The translations under genes and the position numbers were made by a program. From the IMG/VR virus record IMGVR_UViG_3300042691_053605, positions 78,918-142,917 of that record: DNA of 64,000 nucleotides. One strand, 5' to 3'. This stretch comes from a virus. The notes beneath the pieces are model-generated. The model saw nothing but the letters and a program-made list of their open reading frames with translations. It was not told the origin of the DNA and did no database searches. This document shows positions 1 to 10,629 of the stretch, piece after piece (position 1 is the first letter of the stretch; each line of letters opens with the position of its first letter).

Positions 1-385
1 GATCAATAGAAACATTGGCATGTATTGAGCATCTCTCGTTTGTATAACCATTGTTACTTATCCATTCAAACATTTTTATGATAATGTTACGGGCTTCCGT
101 ATATTTCATAGGACCGGTTACCAACTCACACATGGTAAGTCCACCGGAATAATCTGGCTCCAATTTGAAAACGCTATCAGTTGGCTGGATTGGCGAATGA
201 TAAAGAGGCTTTGGCTTATTAATATCACCAAGCGCGTACGGTACAACTACGCGTTTTCCAATAAACTTGGAAATTGAACGTGCAGTTTCCTGTACATCTT
301 TAAAGTTTGAATAGAATTCAAATTCAATTCCAACTTTACCGGCTTCCAGAACCTCTTCTGGGCGATAGCTTTTCTTAATCTTCAT
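1..385 (-). CDS. putative amidoligase (COOH-NH2 ligase) family protein, N-terminal part; runs off the window start
   Basis: Manual translation from ATG at 385: MKIKKSYRPEEVLEAGKVGIEFEFYS...CELVTGP...NERCSIHANVS. The GxEfE, ElvtgP and cs.H motifs are typical of phage amidoligases. Not in the ORF track because it is truncated. Confidence 0.65.
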   Translation of the reverse strand, partial: MKIKKSYRPEEVLEAGKVGIEFEFYSNFKDVQETARSISKFIGKRVVVPYALGDINKPKPLYHSPIQPTDSVFKLEPDYSGGLTMCELVTGPMKYTEARNIIIKMFEWISNNGYTNERCSIHANVSID

Positions 386-1589
386 TTGGGATGGTCAAGA
401 AAATTTTATCGTTGTGTACTCTGTCTACAGTTACCATAACCTTCTCACCTACAACGTATTTTTTCTTTTTATTTTTTGTTTCTTTTTGTGAAATAAGTCC
501 TACAATATCTTTTTGAAGTTTTACCAATGTACCGAACGGCTGAATTGATACAACTTCACCACCTGTAATTACTCCAAGATTCTTTTCTTTGAAATCCTCA
601 ATTTCTTTCATGCGAATACTGGGATCTTCATCGGTAAGTATAATCTTTTTGTCAGCAGTAATTTCTTTAATCCAGAAAGAGATTTCTTCGCCGGCTTTGA
701 ATTTGCCTTCTTTGAATTCTTCACGCATTGCGGGTGTCATCTTACTTGTATGAATCAATCCTGTGAAGATTTCGCTAAATTCAACAAAAATACCAAACTT
801 AGCAGTTCCAGTAATAGTACCTACATATTTTTCAGTAGTACTAAGGCTTTCAATTTTTGAAGGTAAAATGTAGTTCAAATACTTTTTATGGCTAAATACA
901 AAGGCACCTAAATCTTTTAGGTAATCTTCTACCATTACAGCAACTTCTTTGCCTAACATGGAATCAAAATCCCTAACTACGTTGGCAGCAGCAAGCGAAC
1001 CTGGTAAGAACCCTTCTACGCCATTTACGTTTACAAGGAATCCACCTCCGTTTCTGCTAATTATTTTTGCATAATAAGCATTTGTAGGTTTTGCAATTTG
1101 TTCAAAGAATTCTCTGCGAATACCATCAGCATATCCTTTACTTAAGGAGGCAATAGTAAACGGCTTAATAGTTTCAATTGTAGCTTTTCTGTTAGCGTTT
1201 GCTACAAAAGCGTCGCGTGAACCTTCCTGTTGCATCCATTCGTAAAAAGAATGCTGGTCCATTTCGATATTTCTGAAAAATGGCTTTTCCTTTTCTAATT
1301 GAATAACCGCTTCCACCATTCCTGAGAGGGTAACTACCATCTCTTTTTCATTGATACTTACAACAGATACAATGGATCTGCATTCACCAATTTGAGGTTC
1401 TTTTGCGTTTTGCGGTAAGGCTTTTTCGTACGCTAAAAACGCGTCCTCCGCGCCAGCGTCGTGTCTCCATACACTAGCACTGTATTTTGCTAGTATATCT
1501 TTGTTTGGAACTCTCTTCATTCGAAGATCCTCAGCAACTGCCAGGTCCCAATCAAAGTCTACAATTTCTGTGTTATTTTTTATTTGCAT
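375..1589 (-). CDS. ribosomal protein S1-like multi-S1-domain RNA-binding protein
   Basis: Three S1/OB repeats (GGFLVNVNGVEGFLPGS; FGIFVEFSEIFTGLIHTS; FGTLVKLQKDIVGLIS). Confidence 0.8.
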   Translation of the reverse strand: MQIKNNTEIVDFDWDLAVAEDLRMKRVPNKDILAKYSASVWRHDAGAEDAFLAYEKALPQNAKEPQIGECRSIVSVVSINEKEMVVTLSGMVEAVIQLEKEKPFFRNIEMDQHSFYEWMQQEGSRDAFVANANRKATIETIKPFTIASLSKGYADGIRREFFEQIAKPTNAYYAKIISRNGGGFLVNVNGVEGFLPGSLAAANVVRDFDSMLGKEVAVMVEDYLKDLGAFVFSHKKYLNYILPSKIESLSTTEKYVGTITGTAKFGIFVEFSEIFTGLIHTSKMTPAMREEFKEGKFKAGEEISFWIKEITADKKIILTDEDPSIRMKEIEDFKEKNLGVITGGEVVSIQPFGTLVKLQKDIVGLISQKETKNKKKKYVVGEKVMVTVDRVHNDKIFLTIPNED

Positions 1590-1608
1590 ATTGATTTGTG
1601 TTTCTAAG

Positions 1609-1617
1609 CTATATATC
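1609..1617 (-). promoter_or_regulatory. putative late promoter GATATATAG
   Basis: 9-mer recurs just upstream of about 12 structural/late genes in the window. Confidence 0.7.
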
Positions 1618-1621
1618 CATT

Positions 1622-2191
1622 CTACTTAATGCCACCAATAAATACTACTGGTATTTTTGCGGCAGCAATCGCATCGGGAACGGAAAACGTAGGTGAAAGC
1701 GTAAGTTCAATAGGAACCGGATTTAGAATAGCGGAAGCTCCGACTCCAACTGTAAGAGTTCCCGGTGGTATCGTTACCACTAAATCCGCGCGTTTTATAT
1801 TTGTAACTATAATATCGGCTAATAGAGGTGAAAGCTGCGCAACCAGTGCTTTTACAATATCAGAAGAAATATGTGCGGATAGGCAATCTGCCCACTCGGC
1901 AGCAACAACAGTCCACAGCTGATTCTTAAAGTCTACACGTTTTTGGACAGTGTCAAGATTTCCCGGTGCATTTTCAATTGCCCACTTATCAATGGCTTCT
2001 TGCACCGAAAACACGCTGTTTTTTGTATTTTCTACAACTCCGCCTAAACGTTCGTCTTCGTCAACGCCTAATGCGGTATGTAAAGGTAGCGGATCTGCAA
2101 AGTGTGCAAGAAGAGAAGCCTTTATTGTTGGCTCCAGTGACTGAAACGCTGCTGCTAATTCAGTAGCTAACAGAGGTGTGTTTAATGGCAT
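1622..2191 (-). CDS. hypothetical baseplate-region protein
   Basis: 189-aa ORF directly downstream of the gp5-like gene. Confidence 0.5.
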   Translation of the reverse strand: MPLNTPLLATELAAAFQSLEPTIKASLLAHFADPLPLHTALGVDEDERLGGVVENTKNSVFSVQEAIDKWAIENAPGNLDTVQKRVDFKNQLWTVVAAEWADCLSAHISSDIVKALVAQLSPLLADIIVTNIKRADLVVTIPPGTLTVGVGASAILNPVPIELTLSPTFSVPDAIAAAKIPVVFIGGIK

Positions 2192-2201
2192 ATTTTATTT
2201 T

Positions 2202-2942
2202 TTAGATTGTTTTAACTACAGGCAAACCAGTTTTGCCACTTAAATGTTGTACAGGAGTCATGGGTATAACTGGTGGAGACGTGGGAGCTCCCATATTTCC
2301 AATATGTGTATGAGAATTAAAAAGAGCCAGAAATGAATCCCCTAATACCACTCTTTCAATTGCTCCTGCACCTAATTCGACGGTATTTGTATGATCAATT
2401 ATTACGTTTTTTGTAGTAACATTAACAGAGTCTTCTGCATATATGTTAATTCGCGGCCCGATTAACTCAATTACGCTTTTACTCTCTTTGTGTTCAATTG
2501 TAATACTGCTATCTGGGTTAACTATAATTTGCGATTCCTTATGAAATAAATTAAGACCTTTTCCTGGAGTGTAAAAGATTTTTACCTGCTCATCCTCATC
2601 ATAGAGCAATACATGGCTTCCTAAATAACTATCAGAAATTTCTGATTGCATTGCTCGATTAATTGTTTGAATGCCATAATACTCGGGAGAGTATAAATTT
2701 CCTTCTGAAAATTGTATTCTTACAATTGCTCCTATTTTAGGAATCGATAGTGATCCAAATCCGCCTTCGCCTCCTGCAAATACGGTATTTGTGACAGGAA
2801 AAGCCCACGGAATTGCATCATTTTCAAGCTCATCAAATAAACTAAATACTTTTATTCGGCATCTACCAAGCTGTTCAGGATCGTTGTTTTCTACAACTTC
2901 GCCTAACCAAATTCGATCTCTTAGTTCTTGTGTTGATGGCAT
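2202..2942 (-). CDS. baseplate hub/spike protein, gp5 or gpV-like (OB-fold)
   Basis: GEVVENNDPEQLGRCRIKV, IPWAFP, IPKIGAIVRIQF and C-terminal FNSHTH..GAPTSPP. Confidence 0.85.
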   Translation of the reverse strand: MPSTQELRDRIWLGEVVENNDPEQLGRCRIKVFSLFDELENDAIPWAFPVTNTVFAGGEGGFGSLSIPKIGAIVRIQFSEGNLYSPEYYGIQTINRAMQSEISDSYLGSHVLLYDEDEQVKIFYTPGKGLNLFHKESQIIVNPDSSITIEHKESKSVIELIGPRINIYAEDSVNVTTKNVIIDHTNTVELGAGAIERVVLGDSFLALFNSHTHIGNMGAPTSPPVIPMTPVQHLSGKTGLPVVKTI

Positions 2943-2943
2943 A

Positions 2944-5454
2944 TTATTCTAAATCTACGTTTCCTAAATTTGCTTTAACTTCGTCGGTTGGCGGTGCGGT
3001 TAAATCTACAGATCCTTCGGAAGCCTTTGGTTTAATCGGTCCTGTTAGAGGAACTTCTACCGATGATATTTTTTCTGGCGCGGGAGGCGCAACCAATTTA
3101 ACTGGTGCTAACGGCTTTTTACTTGTTTCAGGGCTTTCAAAATTAACTTCACCTAATTTTGGGTTTGCTGGATTTGACGCCTCCAAATCAGTACGGCCAG
3201 GATCTTTATCACTTGGCTGATAACCGGCTAAAACAGTTTTTCCAGGCGTTACTGCTGCTGGGCCAGCTCCTTCAAGATTTGTAGATCCTGGTTTAGCCGA
3301 AGAAATTCCTGCACTTTGAAACTCGGTGGACCCAGGATTAATTGCAGATACTGAAGCTCCTGACAAGTTAACAACCATTGGTTTATCCGAAGAAACTGTT
3401 GGTTCTACCAATTCAACTTTTGTAGAACCTGACTGGCCAGGCGCTGCTCCTTCTAAATCTGAACTTCCAAGAGTTGCATCTTTCTTTGGCGCAGAATTCA
3501 AATCAACCGTAGTACCAGAGATATTACCTGGGTTTGCTCCGGTTAATTGAACACTAGTTGCAGAAGAATTTCCTGTTGGTGGAGCACTTAAATCAACCTT
3601 TGTACCTGATACTGATACCAAATTTGGTGCGGATAATTCTACACCAGAAAGAGCTCTTGGAGCAATTGCCGGTCCGGAGAGTTCAACAGCCGATGGGCTG
3701 CTAGGCGGAGTATTATCAGGACCAAAATCAACTTTAGAAGACGAAGCAGCGCCTACAGGAGGCGATTGCAAATTTACAGTGGAAGACTGCGCTGGAGATA
3801 CGGTAGGTCCACTCAATTGAACTTTTCCACCACCGCCTGACGGTGCAGCTGCACCTTCTAACTGAACTGCAGAAGAACTTGCCGCATTTATAGTAGGGGC
3901 GGACAGAGTAACTGGTGAAACATTTGATGAATTTTCTGGTGGAGCCTGAAGTTCTACGCTTGAAGATGAAGCGGAACCTATATTAGGACCACTTAATTCC
4001 GTATTTGTAGGACTTACCACAGAAGAAATTGCGCTCTGAACCGAGGTTAATTCAACTTGTGCAAGCGATTGAGTAAGTATTTCAGGCGCTTGTAAAACTA
4101 CTTGTTTTGCAATGTTTTGTGAAACCTTTGGCTCAAATGCGTTTGAAAATACTCTTCCAATAACCCGTGCTGCTAAATCGGCTGCTAAATTGTTTGCTGC
4201 GCCAACTGCTATATTTTCAGCCTGTTCTGCAAGTCTACCCAATAAGCTAGAATTTCTTTCATTTTCTGCTTTTAACAAATCCTGATGTTTTGTTTGATCA
4301 CGCAAATTGTTAAAAGAAGAATTCTTAATTCCTAAGAGATAACCAATTTCACTTGAAGGAATTCCTGCGTCATTTGCATCATTACCAGTCTTTTTCCAAA
4401 ACAGCGAATCCACTTTTGAATCATTTCTTTCTGACGCAGTTGGCGTATCTTGTAATATTGCTCCAAGAAGGCCATACGTATTTGATTCCCGGATAATCGG
4501 AGTTGTAATTGTAATTTTGTTGGTCGCCTCTTTTTCCGGAGTTTTTGCAATTGAGTCAAAATAACTCGGTGAATCCTCTTCTATTGAAAACTGACATCCT
4601 GAAAAAGAAAACACCATAAAAGTAGCCAATGAATCAAAATTTTGCATTAACGTAGGGAACGACGAAAACTTTCCAGGGTCTCTTTGTAAAGCATCGGTTA
4701 ATGTATTACTTAGAGCAGTTGTTGCCTGACTTGTTGGTAGCACCGCGTTAACTGCTGCCTGAATTCCTTGTTCAGCCAGCCCAGGTATGTTTATATTACC
4801 AAATAGACCAGTATCAAGAGGATTCTTATATGAATTCATCGACTGCGCAATATTTCGGTCATTCGTAGGAACCACTAGATCTGCAGGTCTTTGCATACTC
4901 CTAATTTCGGTAATTACAAGATCCATATCAAACCACCTTAAGTTTTCTGGCAAAATCCATCGCATATGAACAGAATCAAAGGTTGCCTTTCGGTATAAAT
5001 CCATCAAATATGTAATCTTTAAGTCAATGGATTCAAGGGTTTCAAATGAAAGCTTTTTATCTTTACCGCGAAAGCTATTTCCTGGAGCAATTTTCCAAAT
5101 TTCAGCAAGACCACTTACCTTTGTAAAAAACCAAGGAGTTTTTTCAGAAATATCTTTTAGCCCGGCAATAAATTCCCTAACCATCTGTGCTCGAGTGTAT
5201 TCGCCAATTCTTTTCAAATAACTAATAGCAGAATCAGGATGATCTTCAGAATATAAAAGTCCTCCTGGCCAGGTATCAAGACTTGGCTGTCCGGTAGGTA
5301 ATTCGTTAAACCCATAAAATTTTAGGTAGAACCCAATATATGTAGGATCTTCATAATCCGCAAATTTTGAAGGGCGCTGTGTTGCATACGCGGATCGCCA
5401 TGCTGGTGATGACTGCTCTAAAAATGACCGTGTAAGTGAATCAGCAAATTTCAT
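2944..5454 (-). CDS. putative tail/baseplate protein with a long Ser/Pro/Gly-rich repeat C-terminus
   Basis: 836 aa; globular N-terminal half; C-terminal ~370 aa of V(D/E/Q/N)Lx(A/G)P repeats; baseplate context. Confidence 0.55.
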   Translation of the reverse strand: MKFADSLTRSFLEQSSPAWRSAYATQRPSKFADYEDPTYIGFYLKFYGFNELPTGQPSLDTWPGGLLYSEDHPDSAISYLKRIGEYTRAQMVREFIAGLKDISEKTPWFFTKVSGLAEIWKIAPGNSFRGKDKKLSFETLESIDLKITYLMDLYRKATFDSVHMRWILPENLRWFDMDLVITEIRSMQRPADLVVPTNDRNIAQSMNSYKNPLDTGLFGNINIPGLAEQGIQAAVNAVLPTSQATTALSNTLTDALQRDPGKFSSFPTLMQNFDSLATFMVFSFSGCQFSIEEDSPSYFDSIAKTPEKEATNKITITTPIIRESNTYGLLGAILQDTPTASERNDSKVDSLFWKKTGNDANDAGIPSSEIGYLLGIKNSSFNNLRDQTKHQDLLKAENERNSSLLGRLAEQAENIAVGAANNLAADLAARVIGRVFSNAFEPKVSQNIAKQVVLQAPEILTQSLAQVELTSVQSAISSVVSPTNTELSGPNIGSASSSSVELQAPPENSSNVSPVTLSAPTINAASSSAVQLEGAAAPSGGGGKVQLSGPTVSPAQSSTVNLQSPPVGAASSSKVDFGPDNTPPSSPSAVELSGPAIAPRALSGVELSAPNLVSVSGTKVDLSAPPTGNSSATSVQLTGANPGNISGTTVDLNSAPKKDATLGSSDLEGAAPGQSGSTKVELVEPTVSSDKPMVVNLSGASVSAINPGSTEFQSAGISSAKPGSTNLEGAGPAAVTPGKTVLAGYQPSDKDPGRTDLEASNPANPKLGEVNFESPETSKKPLAPVKLVAPPAPEKISSVEVPLTGPIKPKASEGSVDLTAPPTDEVKANLGNVDLE

Positions 5455-5469
5455 GTAATCTATATATTT

Positions 5470-6993
5470 TTATACCGGTGTCGGCCATTCTCTACGTGTT
5501 AAGTAAACCTTATGTATAAAACCTGGCGGATTTCTTGGATTTTCTTCTGTAGGCATACCCATTGATGAAATAGGACTATCTTGCGAATATGAAAACGACA
5601 TTCCAGCTATCATATAATAGCCACTGTAGAATCTATCCAATATCATGCTAGGGTACATTGCATCAGGTTGTTCCTGTTCAGGCGAATTAAGTATTGTTTG
5701 GTGACGAATGTCATTCATTACAAATAATATCAATGGAATACGTTCACCCCGGTAGAGATTAAAATTGCCTCTTTCAAGATCAATATTAATTGTAATTTTT
5801 TCCAATTCTACATTATTTCGATCATTCCAAAGCTTTGCATAATTGTATTTTTCATGTGCATTGCCTTCGGGCGCGGTATATTGAATTCCCATCCACACAT
5901 GACGAGCCTGTGTTTTCCAATAGTCTTCAGACGGCGTTCCGGGTTTTGTAGTACGGCCTTTTAGAATAATTTTGTTCCCACCAGCGCCTTCAGTATTTAG
6001 AGGATCCACATAGATTGACCAGTATTGTTCAGAGTTTTGCTCAAAAAACTGTGTGTATGTTTTATACCCATAAGCCTGACTTACCTGGTTACTCTTATTA
6101 CTTACGTTGTACCGGTGTATAAACCCAGGAGTTCCTTTATAGTCGGGCCAGTTTGTTAAAATTTTGGAAGTTTGTCCCGTAAGTTCGGTTAGCTGTTTTT
6201 CTGTAGTTTCGCCTCCCATTGTATCGGTAATTCTTAAATTGGTTAAAAGCGCCAAATCTACATTAGTGTCTTCGCTAAATTGATTATTGATATTTACAAA
6301 ATTTAGATTGTAATACACATCAATAAATACGTCAAAGAAGCTTTGCTCGTCCTTCCAGGCATGATCCGCAATAGATAATATGTACTCACGGTAATCTGTT
6401 CTTGGACTTATCCAGGTTTGCTCATCCGCTGTTGCAGTATCGTTGGAGGCAAAACCTAATTTAAGTTCTCTAGCAATTTCTTTTAGAACATTATAGCTGG
6501 TTCCTTTATAGGAAACTACAACCTCATCATATAAATGAGGAACAAACAATTCACCGTTAATTGTATAAGCTCCGTACATACCTTCGGAATCTGCGCCTTT
6601 ACTCGTTACGCTTGTAATTCGATAATCATTTCGTATTGGCTTAAAGGTGTCATTTAATGCACGAATAAAAACAGAGGCAAGATCACCATCTTTGGGAATT
6701 GCTCCAGACGGAAAAGTTTTCCCTTTTACAAATACCTTAAAACTTACTTTTGGCAAAAACCCAGTATAATCAATGCTGAAATTCAAAATTTCATCCTGAT
6801 TAAAGACATAGTTATTAATTTCAATATACGGAAAGTTGGTACCTACGTTCTTTGTCTCTTTGTAATCCCGCGGTTCCCCTTCCATTGAGGAATTCTTATT
6901 TGTACCATAGTCAGCATCGTATATTTCAATACTGTCCAACGGTATTGCTGGATCCATCAAAGACCGTATAATTGCCTTTTCGTTTTGTGGCAT
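5470..6993 (-). CDS. putative baseplate hub protein (gp27/gp44-like)
   Basis: 507 aa; D.FYSGYYMIAGMSFSY C-terminal motif typical of hub proteins; gene context. Confidence 0.55.
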   Translation of the reverse strand: MPQNEKAIIRSLMDPAIPLDSIEIYDADYGTNKNSSMEGEPRDYKETKNVGTNFPYIEINNYVFNQDEILNFSIDYTGFLPKVSFKVFVKGKTFPSGAIPKDGDLASVFIRALNDTFKPIRNDYRITSVTSKGADSEGMYGAYTINGELFVPHLYDEVVVSYKGTSYNVLKEIARELKLGFASNDTATADEQTWISPRTDYREYILSIADHAWKDEQSFFDVFIDVYYNLNFVNINNQFSEDTNVDLALLTNLRITDTMGGETTEKQLTELTGQTSKILTNWPDYKGTPGFIHRYNVSNKSNQVSQAYGYKTYTQFFEQNSEQYWSIYVDPLNTEGAGGNKIILKGRTTKPGTPSEDYWKTQARHVWMGIQYTAPEGNAHEKYNYAKLWNDRNNVELEKITINIDLERGNFNLYRGERIPLILFVMNDIRHQTILNSPEQEQPDAMYPSMILDRFYSGYYMIAGMSFSYSQDSPISSMGMPTEENPRNPPGFIHKVYLTRREWPTPV

Positions 6994-7610
6994 TAAGAAT
7001 TAGATTTTTGATTGTTCTTTAAGAGCTTTGATAAAAATTCAGTTTTTGATAGAGGAGCATTTACCTCATTTGAATTTTTACTTACCGCACTTCCAAAATA
7101 AATTTTGCCTCCTTTGATTTCAATTTCCTTATCACCAAAATTAGCAAAGTTTGGTGGTAACGGAGGCGTGGTTTTACTGGGATCTGCTTTTTTAGGCTTA
7201 TTACGATTATCAAATTTACCTAGCGTTGGATCCAGTTTTGAAATTTTCTCAGGATCAATATACTGGTTACGGATATCAAATTTTTGCTTTTCTGCGGCAG
7301 TACCAAACTTCATATTTATGTTTGCGTAAATTGGATCCGGCACAAACAGCAAATCACCCGTGTCAATTGTAAACGGATTGCTTATATCGTTAAACTTTAG
7401 CATCTTTTCAGTTTGTGCGGTGGATCCCATTGAAATTTTAGTAATGGAATCAATACGCATAGCCAAATCTTCTGTTACTAGCACATAATTGATCATTGGT
7501 TGATCCACCGTAATGTTCATTGATTGTTGTGTCAAATCTACAATCTGATCACCGTTTTCTAGCTGAATAATCGGCTTATTGTCAATTGTTGCAGGAAATT
7601 CTATTGGCAT
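6993..7610 (-). CDS. baseplate wedge gp53-like / LysM-like protein
   Basis: MRIDSI...MLKFNDISNPFTIDTGDLLFVP motif. Confidence 0.65.
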   Translation of the reverse strand: MPIEFPATIDNKPIIQLENGDQIVDLTQQSMNITVDQPMINYVLVTEDLAMRIDSITKISMGSTAQTEKMLKFNDISNPFTIDTGDLLFVPDPIYANINMKFGTAAEKQKFDIRNQYIDPEKISKLDPTLGKFDNRNKPKKADPSKTTPPLPPNFANFGDKEIEIKGGKIYFGSAVSKNSNEVNAPLSKTEFLSKLLKNNQKSNS

Positions 7611-7614
7611 TTAA

Positions 7615-9654
7615 TTAGGCTTTTTTGTTATATCCAAGTCCCCATTTAGCAGCAGTACTGCTATATGTCTTGGTTGCGGTTTGCGTTACTGTATTAATTG
7701 CATTATCCACAGCAGCAGGATCTCCAAGTAGCGCAGATCTTCTATAAAATTTACCTCCAGGTTTGCGAGTTCCAGTATTGCCTTCTCCACCGCTTCCTTT
7801 GTTTTTTCCGGTATACGCATCCACTTTTGTCATACTTGCTGACGAAATGTTTTGCTCATACCCAGGAGGCAAAGAATATAAACGGCCGCCACCTGCGTTA
7901 AACATGGATTCAATTGCATCGCGATCTCGTGGTCTTCCATGTGCCAATGTTATTGTTGCTTTGATTTCTGTAGGAAAATCATCAGGCCCAAGCTCATCAT
8001 TAAATTCAATTTTTGCATTTTCACAAATAAGATTGCCGATCATCATCATTGGATTAAACGGATTGCCTACCATTAAATGCCATTCACCAACAGGTTCTCC
8101 AGTTAAAATTGCTTTAATTCCGGTTACAAATCCTGGTTGTGAAGTCACGGTTGATTTCATATAGTTGCTTCCCATTCCAGCAGCAAGAGACTTAATTGCG
8201 TCAATAGGATTTTGAACCGCGGAAAACAAAAAATCACTTACCGCGCTTGCTGCCTTTGAAAATTGTGAAGCTACTGAATTCATAAAGGCCCCGGGATCAC
8301 CTCGTAACCAGGCAGCACGTCCCGCTTTCCCTCCAAGAAACGGAGCAGCATTTCCAGGCGCTCCTGGCCTAAAACGGTTAGCCCCGCCCCAGAATGTTGC
8401 GGACGCAGAAGTCAATAAGAGTAAATTTGACATAATATCAAGCATTGCTGCTTTAGCGTTTATACCTCCAATACTTCGAGCAGAATACTCAAAAACCAGG
8501 GTAATTTTATGATCAAATTTAAGTCCGCGCTCTCTCATTTTTACCGAGTCAATAACATTTATTGGCCCGATAATTTTATTTTGCCAAGGCCCATCGGTAT
8601 ACGGATCAGGGGGCGCACCTCTTTGAGCCTGTTGTTCATCTCCACCACGATAATCTCCCGAAATAAGTCCTAACCACTTTGCAACTCCAGGAACTGGACC
8701 AGCGCCTGCATCACCAGGCTCTGCAGGTGATACCACATTCATTTCTGATTTGAGGTCTTTCCAATTTAATCCTGTTTCAATAGGACCAAGAATGGTAGAT
8801 ATTTTATTTCCAGTATCTTCTCCAAGCCAGGTAACAGCGGTAGCCACTGGACGAAGCTTTGTAGTATCAAAAGGATTGTCTCCCTTTGGATTTTTTTCGC
8901 CATCGGCCTCTAAATTATCTGCAGTAGGAAACGGATATCTTCTAAGAGTTACTAAATAATTGTTAGGAATTAATTGCCACCATTTGCAATAAGCAAAATC
9001 CTGAAACCTATAAGGCATTCTATCACGATTCTTTTCTTCCTGGCTCCACTCTACTAATTGAGTTACTGTAGGCGATTTGTACCTATGTCCTCTTTCAGCG
9101 TTATATTGATCAACTTCGTACCACCTTGGCTGGTTTTCCTGATCCATTAAAAGTGACATGGCATTTGCATCCTTGGTAGCAGTAAATTGCTGAAAACTTA
9201 TATACGCATTAGGGTTCATAATTGACGGAACCCCGCCAAATTCTTTTAACTCTGAATACGCCGACAGATCTTTTATGTTTTGCGCGGACACCTTTTGCGA
9301 ATCGCTTTGATTAGGATCCTCGGGAAGAACAAAGCCTTCAACAAGAGGCTCAACGGCTTCTGCGCTAAAGCTTAAAAGTGTTGAATTTTTTGAATCCGAA
9401 ATAAAAATAAGTCTTGGATCATGCGGCCCCATCATTAAAGGTGGTTGCCCAGGAGTTGCTTCTTGCGTTACCGACGTATTGTTTTGTGGTTCCAGCGGTT
9501 TTGGAACATACAATGCTACGTTATCAATAAGAAAATCTACATTTGAATCCTCTATCACAAATTGATCAGGTACTCCGACTCTTTGAAGCGGATCCAGATA
9601 ATTGTAATAAACAAACGGGTCTTCTCTCTTAATAAAAATGTAAACTAATGCCAT
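7615..9654 (-). CDS. putative tail tube/baseplate-associated structural protein
   Basis: Long ORF; start moved to MALVYIF (9654) because the late promoter sits at 9671-9679. Confidence 0.5.
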   Translation of the reverse strand: MALVYIFIKREDPFVYYNYLDPLQRVGVPDQFVIEDSNVDFLIDNVALYVPKPLEPQNNTSVTQEATPGQPPLMMGPHDPRLIFISDSKNSTLLSFSAEAVEPLVEGFVLPEDPNQSDSQKVSAQNIKDLSAYSELKEFGGVPSIMNPNAYISFQQFTATKDANAMSLLMDQENQPRWYEVDQYNAERGHRYKSPTVTQLVEWSQEEKNRDRMPYRFQDFAYCKWWQLIPNNYLVTLRRYPFPTADNLEADGEKNPKGDNPFDTTKLRPVATAVTWLGEDTGNKISTILGPIETGLNWKDLKSEMNVVSPAEPGDAGAGPVPGVAKWLGLISGDYRGGDEQQAQRGAPPDPYTDGPWQNKIIGPINVIDSVKMRERGLKFDHKITLVFEYSARSIGGINAKAAMLDIMSNLLLLTSASATFWGGANRFRPGAPGNAAPFLGGKAGRAAWLRGDPGAFMNSVASQFSKAASAVSDFLFSAVQNPIDAIKSLAAGMGSNYMKSTVTSQPGFVTGIKAILTGEPVGEWHLMVGNPFNPMMMIGNLICENAKIEFNDELGPDDFPTEIKATITLAHGRPRDRDAIESMFNAGGGRLYSLPPGYEQNISSASMTKVDAYTGKNKGSGGEGNTGTRKPGGKFYRRSALLGDPAAVDNAINTVTQTATKTYSSTAAKWGLGYNKKA

Positions 9655-9670
9655 GCAAACATTTATTTTA

Positions 9671-9715
9671 CTATATATCAAAGGTTATCCCAAAATGATT
9701 CTCTTAGATATATAG
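9671..9715. promoter_or_regulatory. divergent pair of late promoters (minus 9671-9679; plus 9707-9715)
   Basis: CTATATATC and GATATATAG back to back between divergent genes. Confidence 0.7.
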
Positions 9716-9732
9716 AAGAAAATACATTAAGT

Positions 9733-10002
9733 ATGTCTATAGCATCATTTGGCGAATTCAAAAAGACTCTTAACGAAGAAGAGGAAGGAAAAATGTACTT
9801 GCAGGATTTGCAAGAAATTGCTACTTTAGCCACTAAACTTCGTGAAATGATAGATCCTAAAGAAGATCTTGAAGCCTGGATCCAGGACAAAATAACCATT
9901 GCTCATCACAATATGGAAGCAATTCATGGTTATTACAAATCCGAAGAAAAAGGTGGAACCAATTCCACTGCAACTGGCGACGTCTCAACAACTAGTTTGT
10001 AA
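9733..10002 (+). CDS. small acidic protein with a capsid-targeting-like N-terminus
   Basis: MSIASFGEFKKTLNEE; own late promoter; one of the few plus-strand genes. Confidence 0.65.
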   Translation: MSIASFGEFKKTLNEEEEGKMYLQDLQEIATLATKLREMIDPKEDLEAWIQDKITIAHHNMEAIHGYYKSEEKGGTNSTATGDVSTTSL

Positions 10003-10158
10003 TATGAAACGGGTTTTGCGTTTTGGCAGAGATATGATGCCTTCTGTAAAAAAGGAAAAAACAACCTTTTCAAAGAAGCCACGGCTGTTTAGACGGCTGA
10101 AAAAAATTGCAATAAAAATGGAAACTTTAAGAATGCAAAAAGATCTTGAAGACGGTGC

Positions 10159-10608
10159 TTAATCCTCAAGCGGTATATTATGAATCCACTTAAACAGGGA
10201 ACTCTCTAGCATTCTACACTCTACAATATGAATTTTTTTTACAACAGGGAATATTGCAACGCCATTAAATAATTCATAGTAATCCTCATCTGCTCCTTCC
10301 TCTGTTAAAAATAAGACATCTTGAATGTCTGTATTTTCATTTACGTAAAACACAATAAATCGAATGATATCCTCATTTAGATCCGGGTTAGAATAGATTA
10401 TTGAATGCGCGCGATTTGCTTTCGATACGGTTTTAATCTGCTTCTTTATTTCCTCATTTATTAGGAAGCTGGAATACTCGTCAAGTTCTGACGGGTTATA
10501 CCCAAGAGATTGTATAATTTCGCTAACTGAAATTACATGTTGCTTCCTCATATTTAAGAAAGCCTTCTTTAACTTATCGCGTTCTTCCCGAGTGATGTAG
10601 AGATTCAT
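10159..10608 (-). CDS. hypothetical protein
   Basis: 149-aa ORF within an operon. Confidence 0.55.
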   Translation of the reverse strand: MNLYITREERDKLKKAFLNMRKQHVISVSEIIQSLGYNPSELDEYSSFLINEEIKKQIKTVSKANRAHSIIYSNPDLNEDIIRFIVFYVNENTDIQDVLFLTEEGADEDYYELFNGVAIFPVVKKIHIVECRMLESSLFKWIHNIPLED

Positions 10609-10629
10609 CCTATTGTTTTCTTAATATAT

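Noticed and set aside
9899-10162. 87-aa plus-strand ORF
   Set aside because: Its start overlaps the 9733 gene. A shorter basic ORF from ATG 10004 may be real, but I have no supporting evidence.
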